From contig MU053432.1 in the NCBI GenBank assembly GCA_013239625.1, positions 189,940 through 253,939 on the forward strand: a DNA stretch of 64,000 nt, written 5' to 3'. The notes beneath the pieces were generated by a model. That model was given only the letters and a program-made list of their open reading frames with translations. It did not search any database and was not told the DNA's origin. A program made the translations under genes and the position numbers. Of this stretch, positions 52,701-63,877 are shown one piece after another. This DNA comes from Lama guanicoe (lineage: Eukaryota). Position 1 is the stretch's first letter. Each line of letters begins with the position of its first letter.

Positions 52701-52755
52701 CTCCATGTCCTTCATGTGTTCCTTCCTCTTGGTCTATCCATTTGTTGCCAGTCAA

Positions 52756-53343
52756 TGTAACCGGTGTTCCAGATTCTTGTCCCATCCCAGAAAGAATTCA
52801 GAGACAAGACACTGGGGTTAAGAAAGTAAAGTGAGGATTTATTAAGAGATGGATAGTACACTCTCAAGGGGAGAGCAGGCAGGCTCAGGTGAGCAGCTGC
52901 CCTGAGTTTCTTTGGCAAGTTGGTTACGTAGGGTGTAAAAATTAATGGGCAGAATATTCACTGGGGAGGGAAGGATCTGGGGTCATAGTCCCTGATTTTC
53001 ATCCTAACTCCACCTTCCCTAAGGGAGGAGGGATTTTTGTCCTTACTTAGTCTGGATAGGAAGTGTCATGGCGTTGGTGCATGATGGGTACTTCTGATCT
53101 GCAAGGCTAATTTGATTGAAATGAGGGCATAATGAACAAAAGGTTACATTTGGACACTGGCGATTCCCACCTTTCCCACCTTTCTTTGTTGGCCTCCAAA
53201 GGTGTGATCACTTATCAGCCCAGAGGTTCCTGCTTCCCTTTCTCCACCCAAGGACCCCTGGTGCTCACATGATGCATGGTTTCCTGCACTGGGCCTGCAC
53301 CCCACTTTCTCTGTTCATATTTAGCTATCTGCCTGCTCTAACA
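52756..53343 (-). mobile_element. Solo ERV LTR
   Basis: TGTAAC...CTAACA termini; TTTATT near the left end; no exact TSD seen. Confidence 0.75.
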
Positions 53344-54051
53344 CCTCCTCAAACAATCCATTCTCTCATCCCATCGCAGCCTCCCTGGGGGACCTTATCT
53401 ACTCTCAAAGCTTCAGTCAGCTCCTACACAAGCTAATGATTGCCAAATATATCTCCATTAGCTTAATCCTTTCTCCAGAATGTCAGATTGTCCATCCAGC
53501 AGCCACTGCAACACCTTCACTTGGAGGTCCCCTGAAACATTGCAAACTCAACATGTGGGTTTAGGGGAATAGTTCCTGAAACTACATTATATGGAAAATA
53601 GTTGAAGACACCAGAGGTGCCTGAGTCACAGAGGTGACTCAGATGGATTATAGTGGTAAACTGGGCCATAGTGGTCAACCGGGACAAGAACTGGAGATAA
53701 TCCTTATAGACCCCAAGGGGTCAGATTCAGACCAATGACTGGGAAAACTGGAGAAGACAGATTTCAGCTAAATCTACAGAAGATCCTTTGGAAGTCAGAG
53801 TGACTCAAAGGTACACTTGGCTACCTTACAAGAGTGTGAGATCTTGGGTACTGAGCACATTCAAGCTCCAGGCTTTAAATTCCTTCCAACTCCAGGAGTC
53901 CATAATTCTGGAAGAAAACAAAACTGAGCTTATGAAGATTTGACCAAATGCAGTAAAACCTGGTAATACTGGTGCTGGTGCCAATGGGCATTGGCTTGCT
54001 TGGCTGGATTCTCTAATCACCTGAAACGGAAGTAATAGTAGGGACATTTTA

Positions 54052-54572
54052 ATCAACAGATGACTGGATAAAGAAGTTGTGGTATATTTATACAATGGAA
54101 TACTACTCAGTGATTAAAAAAAAGAATAAAACAATGCAATTTGTGGCAATATGGATGGACCTGGAGATCACCATTCTAAGTGAAGTAAGCCAGAAGGAGA
54201 AAGAAAAATATCATATTATATAATTTATATGTGAAATCTTAAAAAAAAAAAAGACTAATGAACTTATTTACAAAACAGAAACAGACTTAATGGACATAGA
54301 AAACAAACTTACGGTTTCCAGTGGGGAAGAGGGTGGGAAGGGATAAATTGGGAATTCCAGATTTGCACATACTAACTACTATATATAAAATAGATAAACC
54401 ACAAGTTTCTACTGTACAGCACAGGAAACTATATTCAATATCTTATAGTAACATACAATGAAAAAGAATATGAAAACAAATATATGTACGTATATGTATG
54501 ACTGAACTATTATGCTGTGCAACACAAATTGACACATCATTGTAAACTGACTTGACTTCAATTTTATTTTTA
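54052..54572 (+). mobile_element. 5'-truncated L1 3' end
   Basis: ATCAACAGATGACTGGATAAAGAAG through to CATTGTAAACTGAC...TTCAAT. Confidence 0.9.
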
Positions 54573-55439
54573 ATCTGCTTTTTAAAAAGGGGTTCCGGTA
54601 TTGAGGGAGCAGAAGCTGGACAGGGAGTGTGCTGGGTCTGGGGGCCTGCACGAGAGATGGGGAGAGTGGCCAGGCTGCAGGCTGATGGAGCAGGGTGCAG
54701 GGTACAGTGGGGTGTGGCTCTGGGAACACAAGGCACCGGCTCCAGGGATGGGTCTGGGCCCAGCTACGGAGGAGGTGGCTCCACTGTCCCATCTGGCTAA
54801 GAGCCCAATGCTGGTGTAGACAGTGGTGGTATAACCCACCGAGATGCTCAGAGAGTCCAGCCCACAATTTTCTTGGGGTTTGTTTGTTTGTTTGTTAGTT
54901 AAAAATTATTTTTGCCCGGAAACTTTAAATGTTTAAATTTTTTTAAATCCTAATTTTATCCTTCATCCAAACCCAGCTCTTTTCATCTCTCCATGTTGAC
55001 TTCCAGGTCCTGATCATAAGAACTTCCTTTTTCCAGAAGAGGATAGCTGTGCACGTAAATTTCTGCCATTTTCCTTGAACATTACTCTGTAAGCCTGTGG
55101 CCTCCATGTCTTCAGAATGGTCATTTTAATGACTAAAGGACACCCCATTGCATAGATACACGATGGTTTAGTTAACCGCTTCCCTATTATGGGGGAGCTC
55201 CTTGTACTTTGAGATTCCCCATCCTTAGAAACTTTTCCTCAGAATAAATTCACAGGAGGGGGAAACTCGGTTAAAGGACATGATTATGTTTGACAGTTTC
55301 ACTACTTTTTTTTCTTTCTTTCTTGATTTTTGCCTATCTCCAGCCATGGCACTGACTAAATAATCAGGCAGATGATCTGCTTATGTTTGTTGCCAATATA
55401 TGAAGTTGAGGTATTTTTTTTTATATATTTGAATAAGCT

Positions 55440-55593
55440 TTTATTTATTTTTTGTTGTTGCTGAGTTGTTGGGTTTTTTTTTTTGGTGGGGGAGGCAATT
55501 AGATTTATTTATTTAATGGAGGTACTGGGGATTGAACCCAGGACTCTGTGCATGCTAGGCATGCGCTCTACCACTGAGCTACAACCTCTGCCC
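55440..55593 (-). mobile_element. tRNA-derived SINE (vic-1-like)
   Basis: GGAGGTACTGGGGATTGAACCCAGG...CTCTACCACTGAGCTAC with a T-rich tail on the left. Confidence 0.9.
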
Positions 55594-56149
55594 TTGAATA
55601 TTAAACCAGGGTTTAAGTTACTGTAACCATTATTTTTATTTTAAAAGTAATGCTTGCTTATTGTAAAACTCTGAAATGTCTTTTATATATTTTTATATAA
55701 TCCATCATATTGACCCATATCATCTCACTGTATTCTAATTTACTTAAATTCCTTTTGAAATTTTCCACCATTATCTCTCCATCTTTCTCATTTCTTTCTG
55801 TAGCTTCAATTCTTATGAAGTTATTCCTTCACAATAGAAACAAACACTCTAATCTTTGCTGGTTTTTCCACGACTTGATTTAGATTTTTAATAAGCTTAC
55901 AGATCTGGAGTTTACATTGGTGTGTGGTATGAGGGCCCACAAAATGAGCAGAAACCAGTCTCACAGTACATATTTTGTAACATACACAGTCCCACCCCTG
56001 GGAAGACAGTTTGGCAACATTACCTGGTACAGCAGTTATTTTTAAGGTTAACCAGTCGCCTTCACATTGCTTTGCAAGAAAGGACTTCAATTTGTCCAGG
56101 TGTGAGTCTTGATTTATACCTCGATATTTCCTACGGCAGTTAGTTTCTT

Positions 56150-56240
56150 GCCTGAGGTCCTGGGGTCAATCCCCAGCATCTCCTCTAAAAATAGACAAAC
56201 CTAACTACCTCCTACCCTGTCAAAATTTAAAAAAAAAATG
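56150..56240 (+). mobile_element. 5'-truncated vic-1-like SINE
   Basis: GAGGTCCTGGGGTCAATCCCCAGCATCTCC...AAACCTAACTACCTCC. Confidence 0.75.
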
Positions 56241-57629
56241 TGCACAACAAAAATGTATGCAACAACCATCCCCCCCCCCCACACACACACAAACACGCAG
56301 AGTTCCAACCCCAACTGCCCTTGCGGAGGATGTTTTAACATAAGAATAGATCATTACCAAGTTACTTAAATTCTGTTTATCGGAGTCAAGAGTTTTTCCG
56401 TCTGGTTATCCATCACTAAAAGGCTGGATGCTTCCCAATTCATTCTAACACACAAGTGGTCCATGAAAAGAGCAGGTTGTGCATAGGGCTTGAAGCATGC
56501 TGCCTTTTCTTTGACATTTCCAAGATCAGCAACTTCCCCTTCCCAGGTCGCAAAATCACCAACACGTGATTCACCCCAAGAAACCGAGTCCGGCTCAGCA
56601 ACAGGACGTCAGCGGGCTAACGGGGAAAAACCTGTCCCGTCATCTGAATGGATGCTAGAAAGGTGTTTGACCCGATTCAGCATCCATCCTGATTCTCTTA
56701 GAGAAAAATATAAAACCCTGTTATAACCGTTTGAGATATAGAAGACTCCTTTTCTGCTATAAATGTATTAGAAACCAACAAGAAGCATGAAAAACAATGG
56801 TGAAATCTTAAAGGCACTGCTATTAAAATCAAGTTCAGGTCAAGAATGAGCTGTTTCTGGGCTTGTTCCAGAAGTTCTAGCCAGTGTGTTGAAATAAGAA
56901 AAAGAAGAAAGAAACAAATAAATCATTATCCTCGGATGATATGATATGAATATCATATAGAGGGCTCATTAAAATAAGAAATATCAGGCAACAGAATTTT
57001 AAGCAGCTAACAAAGATAATAGTATAGAACTACATGGATAATTGTGGGAAACTGTCCAAGACAGAGTATTAAGTGGAAGAAATAGGCTTCAAAATAATAT
57101 GAATTTATTTAAATATATATTTATATACTTATGCTGAATATATATATTGACTATATATTATGTAAAAAAGCTTAAAGGAAATTCACCAAAATATATTTAG
57201 AGATTGCATCTCTGGCCTGTGGGGTTCCAGGTGATTCTTACTTTCTATTTATTTAGCAAAGAACATTTAGGCAATCACCTCACGTACCACAACCTCACCT
57301 AACCTCTCACCCCGCTCCGATCCCCCCAACCCCGGGATGGCAGCGCCCGCCAGCCTTGCCGGCAGGACCACAGGTCACCAGCCCCGCCGAGGCCTGACCC
57401 CCGGAGCCGGGACCCACCGTGCAGCCAGCCGCCTGCCTAGGCTGAGGGGCCACTCCCTGCTCACGCCCGTGGGGAGGACGCTGCTGTCCCTGGGACTGGG
57501 GGCTGAAGGGGTGGGGGGCAGCAAGGGCGAGGAAGTTGGACCAGTGTTGGGAAAAAAGAAGCGGGACCGGGTTCATGAGCGCCCCCTCCCTCCGTTTCCC
57601 CGCTTCTCCCAGGGTTTTAGGGGTCACAG

Positions 57630-58234
57630 TGAGGCGAGAAGCCCCATAAAAAGACAGGCAGGACCCCTAAGCAGGGCCACTGCTCTCCTGCCAGCACCAT
57701 CCAGTTCCCTGGACCAGAGGCTGTATCTCACTTTTTGCCTCTGAAACGGCTTACTTACCCCTAAAATACTATTGGTTCCCTGAGCTAACTTCTGATTGGT
57801 TATTTCCTTCACTCCTGATTGGTTATTACTCTCACTTCTGATTGGTCCACTTCCCCAATTTCTGATTGGTCCATTTGTAGTACTTCATTTGCATGGAGCT
57901 CACTCCTGATTGGTTACTTCTCTCACTCCTGATTGGTCCATTCCCCTCACTCCTGATTGGTTATTTCTCTCACTCCTGATTGGTCTATTTCTACAAAGCT
58001 TGTTTCTGGTTGGCCAACTTCTGTTATACTTTATTTGCATATGATGTTGCAAAGTGTAAAACTGGCAGCCTATAAAGGCCTGTGTAAACCTACGGAGTCC
58101 AGAGTTTGGCGTGTTAACTACTGTGAGTCTGCAGGTGTAGTAAGTCTGAGTTTTGTAACTTTCAGAGTGCTGCTTGGTTTCTCGCCCGGGTCCAAATTGC
58201 GGACACTATTTGAGCTGTCACACATTTTTTTGCA
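57630..58234 (+). mobile_element. Solo ERV1-type LTR inserted in the PHF12 retrocopy 5'UTR
   Basis: TG start; colinear homology with the LTR at 15459-15807; TATAAA at 58071; possible 4-bp TSD ACAG / ACTG. The right end is uncertain by a few bases. Confidence 0.88.
57765..57990 (+). repeat. 23-24-bp tandem array of inverted CCAAT boxes within the LTR U3
   Basis: ATTGG at 57771, 57795, 57818, 57841, 57865, 57909, 57932, 57956 and 57979; unit approximately CTCACTCCTGATTGGTYAYTTC. Confidence 0.92.
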
Positions 58235-61200
58235 ACTGGAGTAGAGCGCTCCCATCCGGGAGGTGGATGAATGTGGGAGAGAACGGAGAACATGACGATC
58301 GTGTACGACTTGGACACGTCGCAGGGGCGGATGGGGCAAATCCCCATCCGCCCCTGCGGGAGAAAAACTAAGTTAGAAGCCTGAGAAGGAGCCCTGGAGA
58401 AGCAGCGGGGCTGCCAACCACAACAGCTGGACAGCTGCAAAGAAGGTGAGGATCTCCTGTGCTGTGGCCACTGCCCGGCCACCTTCCATCTTCAGAGCTG
58501 TGATTCTCCACTGGGTGAAGAGATGTTGCCTCCTGGGGAGTGGATGTGTGTTACCGATGCACTGTGTTTGCAGGAAGAAACGAGAGCAGAAAAAGGAGCT
58601 CGGCCATGTGAATGGACTGTTGGACAAATCTGGCAAACGGGACTTTATCCTCCTGCAGTAACACTGACTCGTTAGACACATCAGCTAACAAAACTGAACT
58701 CAAGGCCATTGCCCGTGCCCGGATCTTGGAGAGGAGAGCCAGCCGGCCTGCCATGCCCACATCCAACGCCAGTACAGAGACCCCTACCTCTGAGCAGAAT
58801 GACGTGGATGAGGAACCAGCGGCAGCAGAGCCGGACTATGTGCAGCCCCAGCTAAGGCAGGCCTTTGAGCCGCTGACTGCTGCCGCCATGGGGGCAGAAT
58901 CCCACCCAGTTTCAGTTGCCCAGTGAACTGATTTGCACCACTGCACTACCAGGTTCTAGCAAGACGAAAGGAGGAATCCACAGGAGAAAACATTAAGAAG
59001 ACACAGCGTGAGTTAAATCATAATGGGCTCACTCCCCTACCAAAGTTCGCTTCACCTGTAACAGGAGTTGCCGCATGGTTCCTCTCATCCAGTGACTGTT
59101 GTCCCCTCCTGTTCCACATGGACTGCCTCGAGCCACCGCTTGGTGTCATGCCCCTGGGCAGATGGATGTGTCCAAATCACAACGAACATGTGGTGCTCAA
59201 CTGGAAGAACACGACGCGGAGCAAACAGTGCCAGGTGTTTTACCGTTTCAAGAACACCATTTCGCAGCACGTTGTAAAAATGGACTTCCTGAGCCGAATC
59301 CACAAGCACCCTCCCAACCGCCACGTGCTCCAGTCGGTGAAAAGAAGCTTGAAGGTTCCTGATGCTATAAAATCTCAGTACGTTTCCACTCCTCTCATTG
59401 CACCCGCCGCCATTCGGAATGGGGAGCTGATCTGCAGTGGGATGCCTGAGGAATCACAGACGCACCTTTTGAACTCTGAGCACTTAGCCACTAGGCAGAG
59501 CAGCAAGACTGACTCTGGTGGTGGTGCGCTCCAGTGCAGCATATTGAAACATTTATCTGCTAAGCAGATGCCTTCGCATTGGGACTCTGAACAGACAGAG
59601 AAGGCTGATACTAAGCCTGTTACTGTGACTGATAGGTCAATCACCAACTCCCTGCAAACCGCTGACAAGGCACCTACACTTTTCCTTTACCGCGGGCCCT
59701 ACTCCTCAGGGGTTAGCAGCTGGAACTCCCTGAGCTGCTCTTCACTCCCAACCCTGGAGGACATCAGCTGCAGTTCTTGTGCGGAAAAATCCAAGAAAGC
59801 CCCCTGTGGGGCTGCCAACGGGCCAGTGAGCACAGAGGGGAAAGCCAACGGCCCACACCTCTACAGCAGCCCCACTGATCCCACGGGAACCCGGCGACTT
59901 CCAGGCGCCAACACCCCCCTTCCAGGTCTCTCCCACTGGCAAGGCTGGCCCTGGCCCCTCATGCCACCAGCGGCTGGGGGGCTTCAGAACCACACCGTTG
60001 GTATCATTGTGAAGACAGAATGCCACTTGCCCCAGGTTTTGCCACCAGAGGAGTTTGGTTCCTGTCCCAAGCCTGCCCCCTTCCATTCCCAACTCTTGTG
60101 CCAGCATGGAGAACACCAGCACTTCGCAAAGAAAGACTGTCCGATCACAGATGGGATCTCTGCTGACAGATTCAAAGCCACTAGGCTCACCCCCAAATGC
60201 CACCCGGGTGCTCACTCCCCACCAAGCTGCTGGAGATGGTAACTTGGCCACAGGAGGCAACCAGTGATTCTGCTCACCAGCGCCATCATCAGGTGGCAAG
60301 GTCAGCCCAGCACATTATCCATAGGAAGCGCTTTAACTGTACGTAGCCTCTTTTTCAGCCAACTCTACTGCCATGGTGGACCTCACCAAACTGAGCATTT
60401 ATGGATGTCGGTGGAGAAATCGAGATAAATATGTTGGACTAGAAGCTGATCAAGTTTCTGGCCTTGCGGAGAATAATACATCAGCTTTTCCCCTGCCGGG
60501 TCCAAGCTTCACCAGGCAGTGTCGCGGCATATCCACTGGCTTCTGGAGGGGGCACCACAGAGAAGCGCAGAGGAAGGAGGTCCAGGCCGGAGCTGTGTTC
60601 TACCCTCTCTTAGGGTTGGTAGGAGCTGTGAACATGTGCTATCAAACCCTCTACTTCAGGACAGGAGCTGACGTGGACGTGTGCCTCACAAACTACGGTC
60701 ACTGTAACCACGTGTCCGGGAAACGCACTTGCATGCTCTACGATGAGAATACCAAAGATTATGAGCTGGTAAACTACAGTGAGCGCGGGACAGCGGTGGA
60801 CGGTGAGTGTGCTGTATTCATGTGACTTACCTGAGAAGACCCCGCCAACACCCCCCCCCCAAGCAGTATTGTTGCCAAAGTGCAGAGGGTCATCAGGCGC
60901 GGCCAGCACCAGAAACAGGATGAAGAGCCAAGTGAGGAGGCAGCCATGATGAGCTCCCAGGCCCGGGGCTGCAGCCGGGCCCCTGCAACTGCAAAGCCAG
61001 CAGCCCGAGCTTGACGCGGGGGCAGTGGGGCCAGCTGGGAAGGCACGGCCTTGCTGCACCACGGCAGCTACATCAAGCTGGGGTGCCTGCACTTTGTCTT
61101 CAGCATCACTGAGTTTGCTACCACACAGCCCCAAAGGGAGGCTGGCCTGCTGCAGGTTGGGGTCTTGGCCGAGAATCTCTCTCTCAAGCCCCACCAGGGC

Positions 61201-63714
61201 CCTGTGCTGTGCTCCAACTCCGTTCCCTCGGACTGGCAGCTACCCCATCACACACCTGTCTACCCAACCCAAGACTCCTGCGATGCAAAAATGTACACAA
61301 ACCAAGCATGGGGTTTCTCTATACTCCACCAGAAACCCTTCAACTACAATCACTGCATGAAGTGAAGAAAACCTTTTGACTGTTTTTTAAAAATCTTTTT
61401 TCTTTTCTCAAGTTCAAGGGGGCATTTGCACATATATTTGTACCCAGCGTTTCATGGGAAAGCGGCAGATCGAGCTGAGGAACAGCGTGGGCAGGGAGGG
61501 GAAGGCCAATGGTCTGGACGCAAAACTGTTCCCCACCCATCTCCTGCTCCCTCCCCCTACCCACCGTTGTAAAAGAATCAGTAACTTGTTCTAGTTTGTG
61601 GCAGTGACAATAGTTTTATATTAAAAGAAAAAGGTACAGTTCTCATACAGCAAAATCATTGTTTTATTTAATAAAAAGATCGCTACCCATGGCTCCCCCC
61701 CTCCAGGTGATTCTCCCTTTCTGCAGCGATTGCACTACAGGGAGCTACTGTGTATTACGGACAAATGAGAACTGGATTCTTTTTCTGGCTGTGCATCTAT
61801 TTTATTTCAAATAAGGAAAATGTATTTGGATTTTGTGCAAATACATCTAGTGATGACATTTTTTCAACGTTTTTAAAAACTGTACAGTACTACGTGTTCT
61901 TCAAATTGTCCATTGTAGCAAAAACGTTTTTGTCGTAAACCTGTTTTGTCTCCTTTTTTTGTTCTCCTGCCACTCCTCTCCTCTTCCTCCCACCCACGGT
62001 TCCCCTCCTCCTCTCCCACCCCCGGAACTAGTACCAATATACATAGTAATTGTAATGTTTTAGACTTTCCAGAAACTTTTCTGTATTCTGCACATGAAAA
62101 AACAAAAAGACTTCAAAAAAAATTTTTATAAAATACTTTGCTTAGTGAATGCTTTATAATAAGCATATTTATATAATTAAAAAACCAATAAACTTTTTTT
62201 ACCCCCAAGGACACGCACATTGGGTGTGCATGCAAAACTCATTCCAGGATCATTAGGATGAGTGGCTTTTCTCCTAAAGTGGTTAAAGTTTGTGATTCAA
62301 GGCTGCTTCCCAGCTCACCCTCACCTCCCTGAAAAGCTAGATTGGTCTGTTCTGCCTGGTCCCTTCTGCTCTGAAGGAGAGCCCCAGGTCCATGGGTTCC
62401 AGAAAGGCCTGATCTGGGCCAGATTCCACGGGTGACTGTTGCCCCTGGCGTCATCACTTGCACATCGTCCTAGCCCCATCCTAGCTGTTTGCAAAGGATT
62501 CCCAACCCTCTAAGGCTGCCCACCTTGGCTGAAGCTGAGAAGGCTCTTCCTTGCAGGCATCAGCAGAAATCTTGTCTCCTCAGTAGGTGGGTTTGGGGAT
62601 CACTCTGGCAATGTCAGGCCTCCATATGCCAAGCTTCTTTGCCCCACTTCTGGGCTGAAGGTCATGATCAGAGAGCATGCCAAGTCCAAAGCCTCAAGCC
62701 CTGTACTTGCTGTCATTGCCCAGCTCTATGTGGGGCATCTGGTCCAGTTTCTGACTCTTCGCTGTGCACCCTGGACATTATAAGGAGGCCTCTGCTTGGT
62801 CTCAATGCCTGCAAGCAAGAGCACTTGACTTGCTATCTCCCTATTTCAGTTGAGTCATAACCTAGAAGCCCCTTCCCTGGAGCCTCTTCTGCCTCATACT
62901 CACCCTGCACCCCACCAGCTTCCCTCCTGGTCCAGAACCCACCACACCATCAGAGGGTTTTCAGGTCAGCTCTATAAAGCTGACCATCCTCACTCAAGCC
63001 TGAAGCAATCCCTTCAAACCGCTACATCGATGGAGTAGTGAGTGATCAAGACCCAGGGTAACTCAATAGACTGACATCACACTGGTGTTGAGTATCTTGG
63101 GAATTCTTTTTAAAAGATTGCCATAATCAATCCTCATCTCCGCAGAATCGGCTCCCTATCAGTCTGAACCAGGAAGTAACATACAAATACAAATGCCTTC
63201 AAATAGATTTGCTTTGAACTTAGTTAACTCTATACTCATTTCTGCCTAGCTTGGTTATTTGATTTCTGACTCCATAATATTTGAGAAAAGCAAACTAGGA
63301 AAGGGGAAATCAGTAGCTATAAGGCAGGCATCAGGGAGTTACAGCCCAAGAATGATCACATGTAAGAGTTGGAAAAATGTGAGCCCTCAGCAGGAGGAAG
63401 CCAACAGCCCTGTGTATCTGATATTACCATAGAGCACAATAATGGATGCTTGTAACATAGCCCCGAGTCTCCCACAAACATGGGTCACATTCAGCATCCT
63501 CCCCAAGGCCACCTAGGTGTTTGCAAAGAACTCCCAGACTTCTGAAGGCTGCCCACCTTGCCCAAATTTGAGAGGGCTCCTCTTCATGGCGTATCCATCA
63601 GCAGCTTTTGCACAACCACACTGAAGCAGCATGGGTCAGTTCTCATCATCTGGATGACTATTCTCGGAAACCAATCCAAATTTTTATTGTTGATAGTTAT
63701 ATACTGATACATTT

Positions 63715-63877
63715 TTTTAAAGTTTATTTATTTCTTATTGTATTATTTAATTAATTTATTTTGGTGTAGGCGGAGGTAATTAGGTTTGTTTATTTTTGGA
63801 GGAGGTACTGGGGGTTGAACGCAGGACCACGTGCTTGCTGAGCATGCGCTCTATCACTTGAGATATGCTCTTCCCCC
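63715..63877 (-). mobile_element. tRNA-derived SINE (vic-1-like)
   Basis: Perfect TSD ATACTGATACATTT at 63701-63714 and 63878-63891. Confidence 0.92.

Larger units (their letters stand above)
57275..62122 (+). pseudogene. PHF12: Processed pseudogene (retrocopy) of PHD finger protein 12, near full length with 5'UTR and 3'UTR
   Basis: ATG at 58271 begins MWERTENMTIVYDLDTS (parent MWEKMETKTIVYDLDTS). It has PHD1 and PHD2 remnants (MDCLEPPL...GRWMCPNH), [20 protein letters not shown], an FHA region (AVFYPLLG...[16 protein letters not shown]) and C-terminal [12 protein letters not shown]...SNSVP. It is intronless with many frameshifts. GC-rich 5'UTR at about 57275-57629; 3'UTR with AATAAA at 61670 and an A-run at about 62115. 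Confidence 0.96.

Noticed and set aside
57765..57990. Regularly spaced short repeats resembling a CRISPR array
   Set aside because: The units are contiguous 23-24-bp tandem repeats without unique spacers, inside a mammalian LTR, with no cas genes.
59742..61194. 185-aa and 194-aa minus-strand ORFs
   Set aside because: Antisense shadows of PHF12 coding sequence.
57255..62140. TSD for the PHF12 retrocopy
   Set aside because: Both flanks are A/T-rich old L1-like sequence and I found no convincing direct repeat, so the boundaries are approximate.
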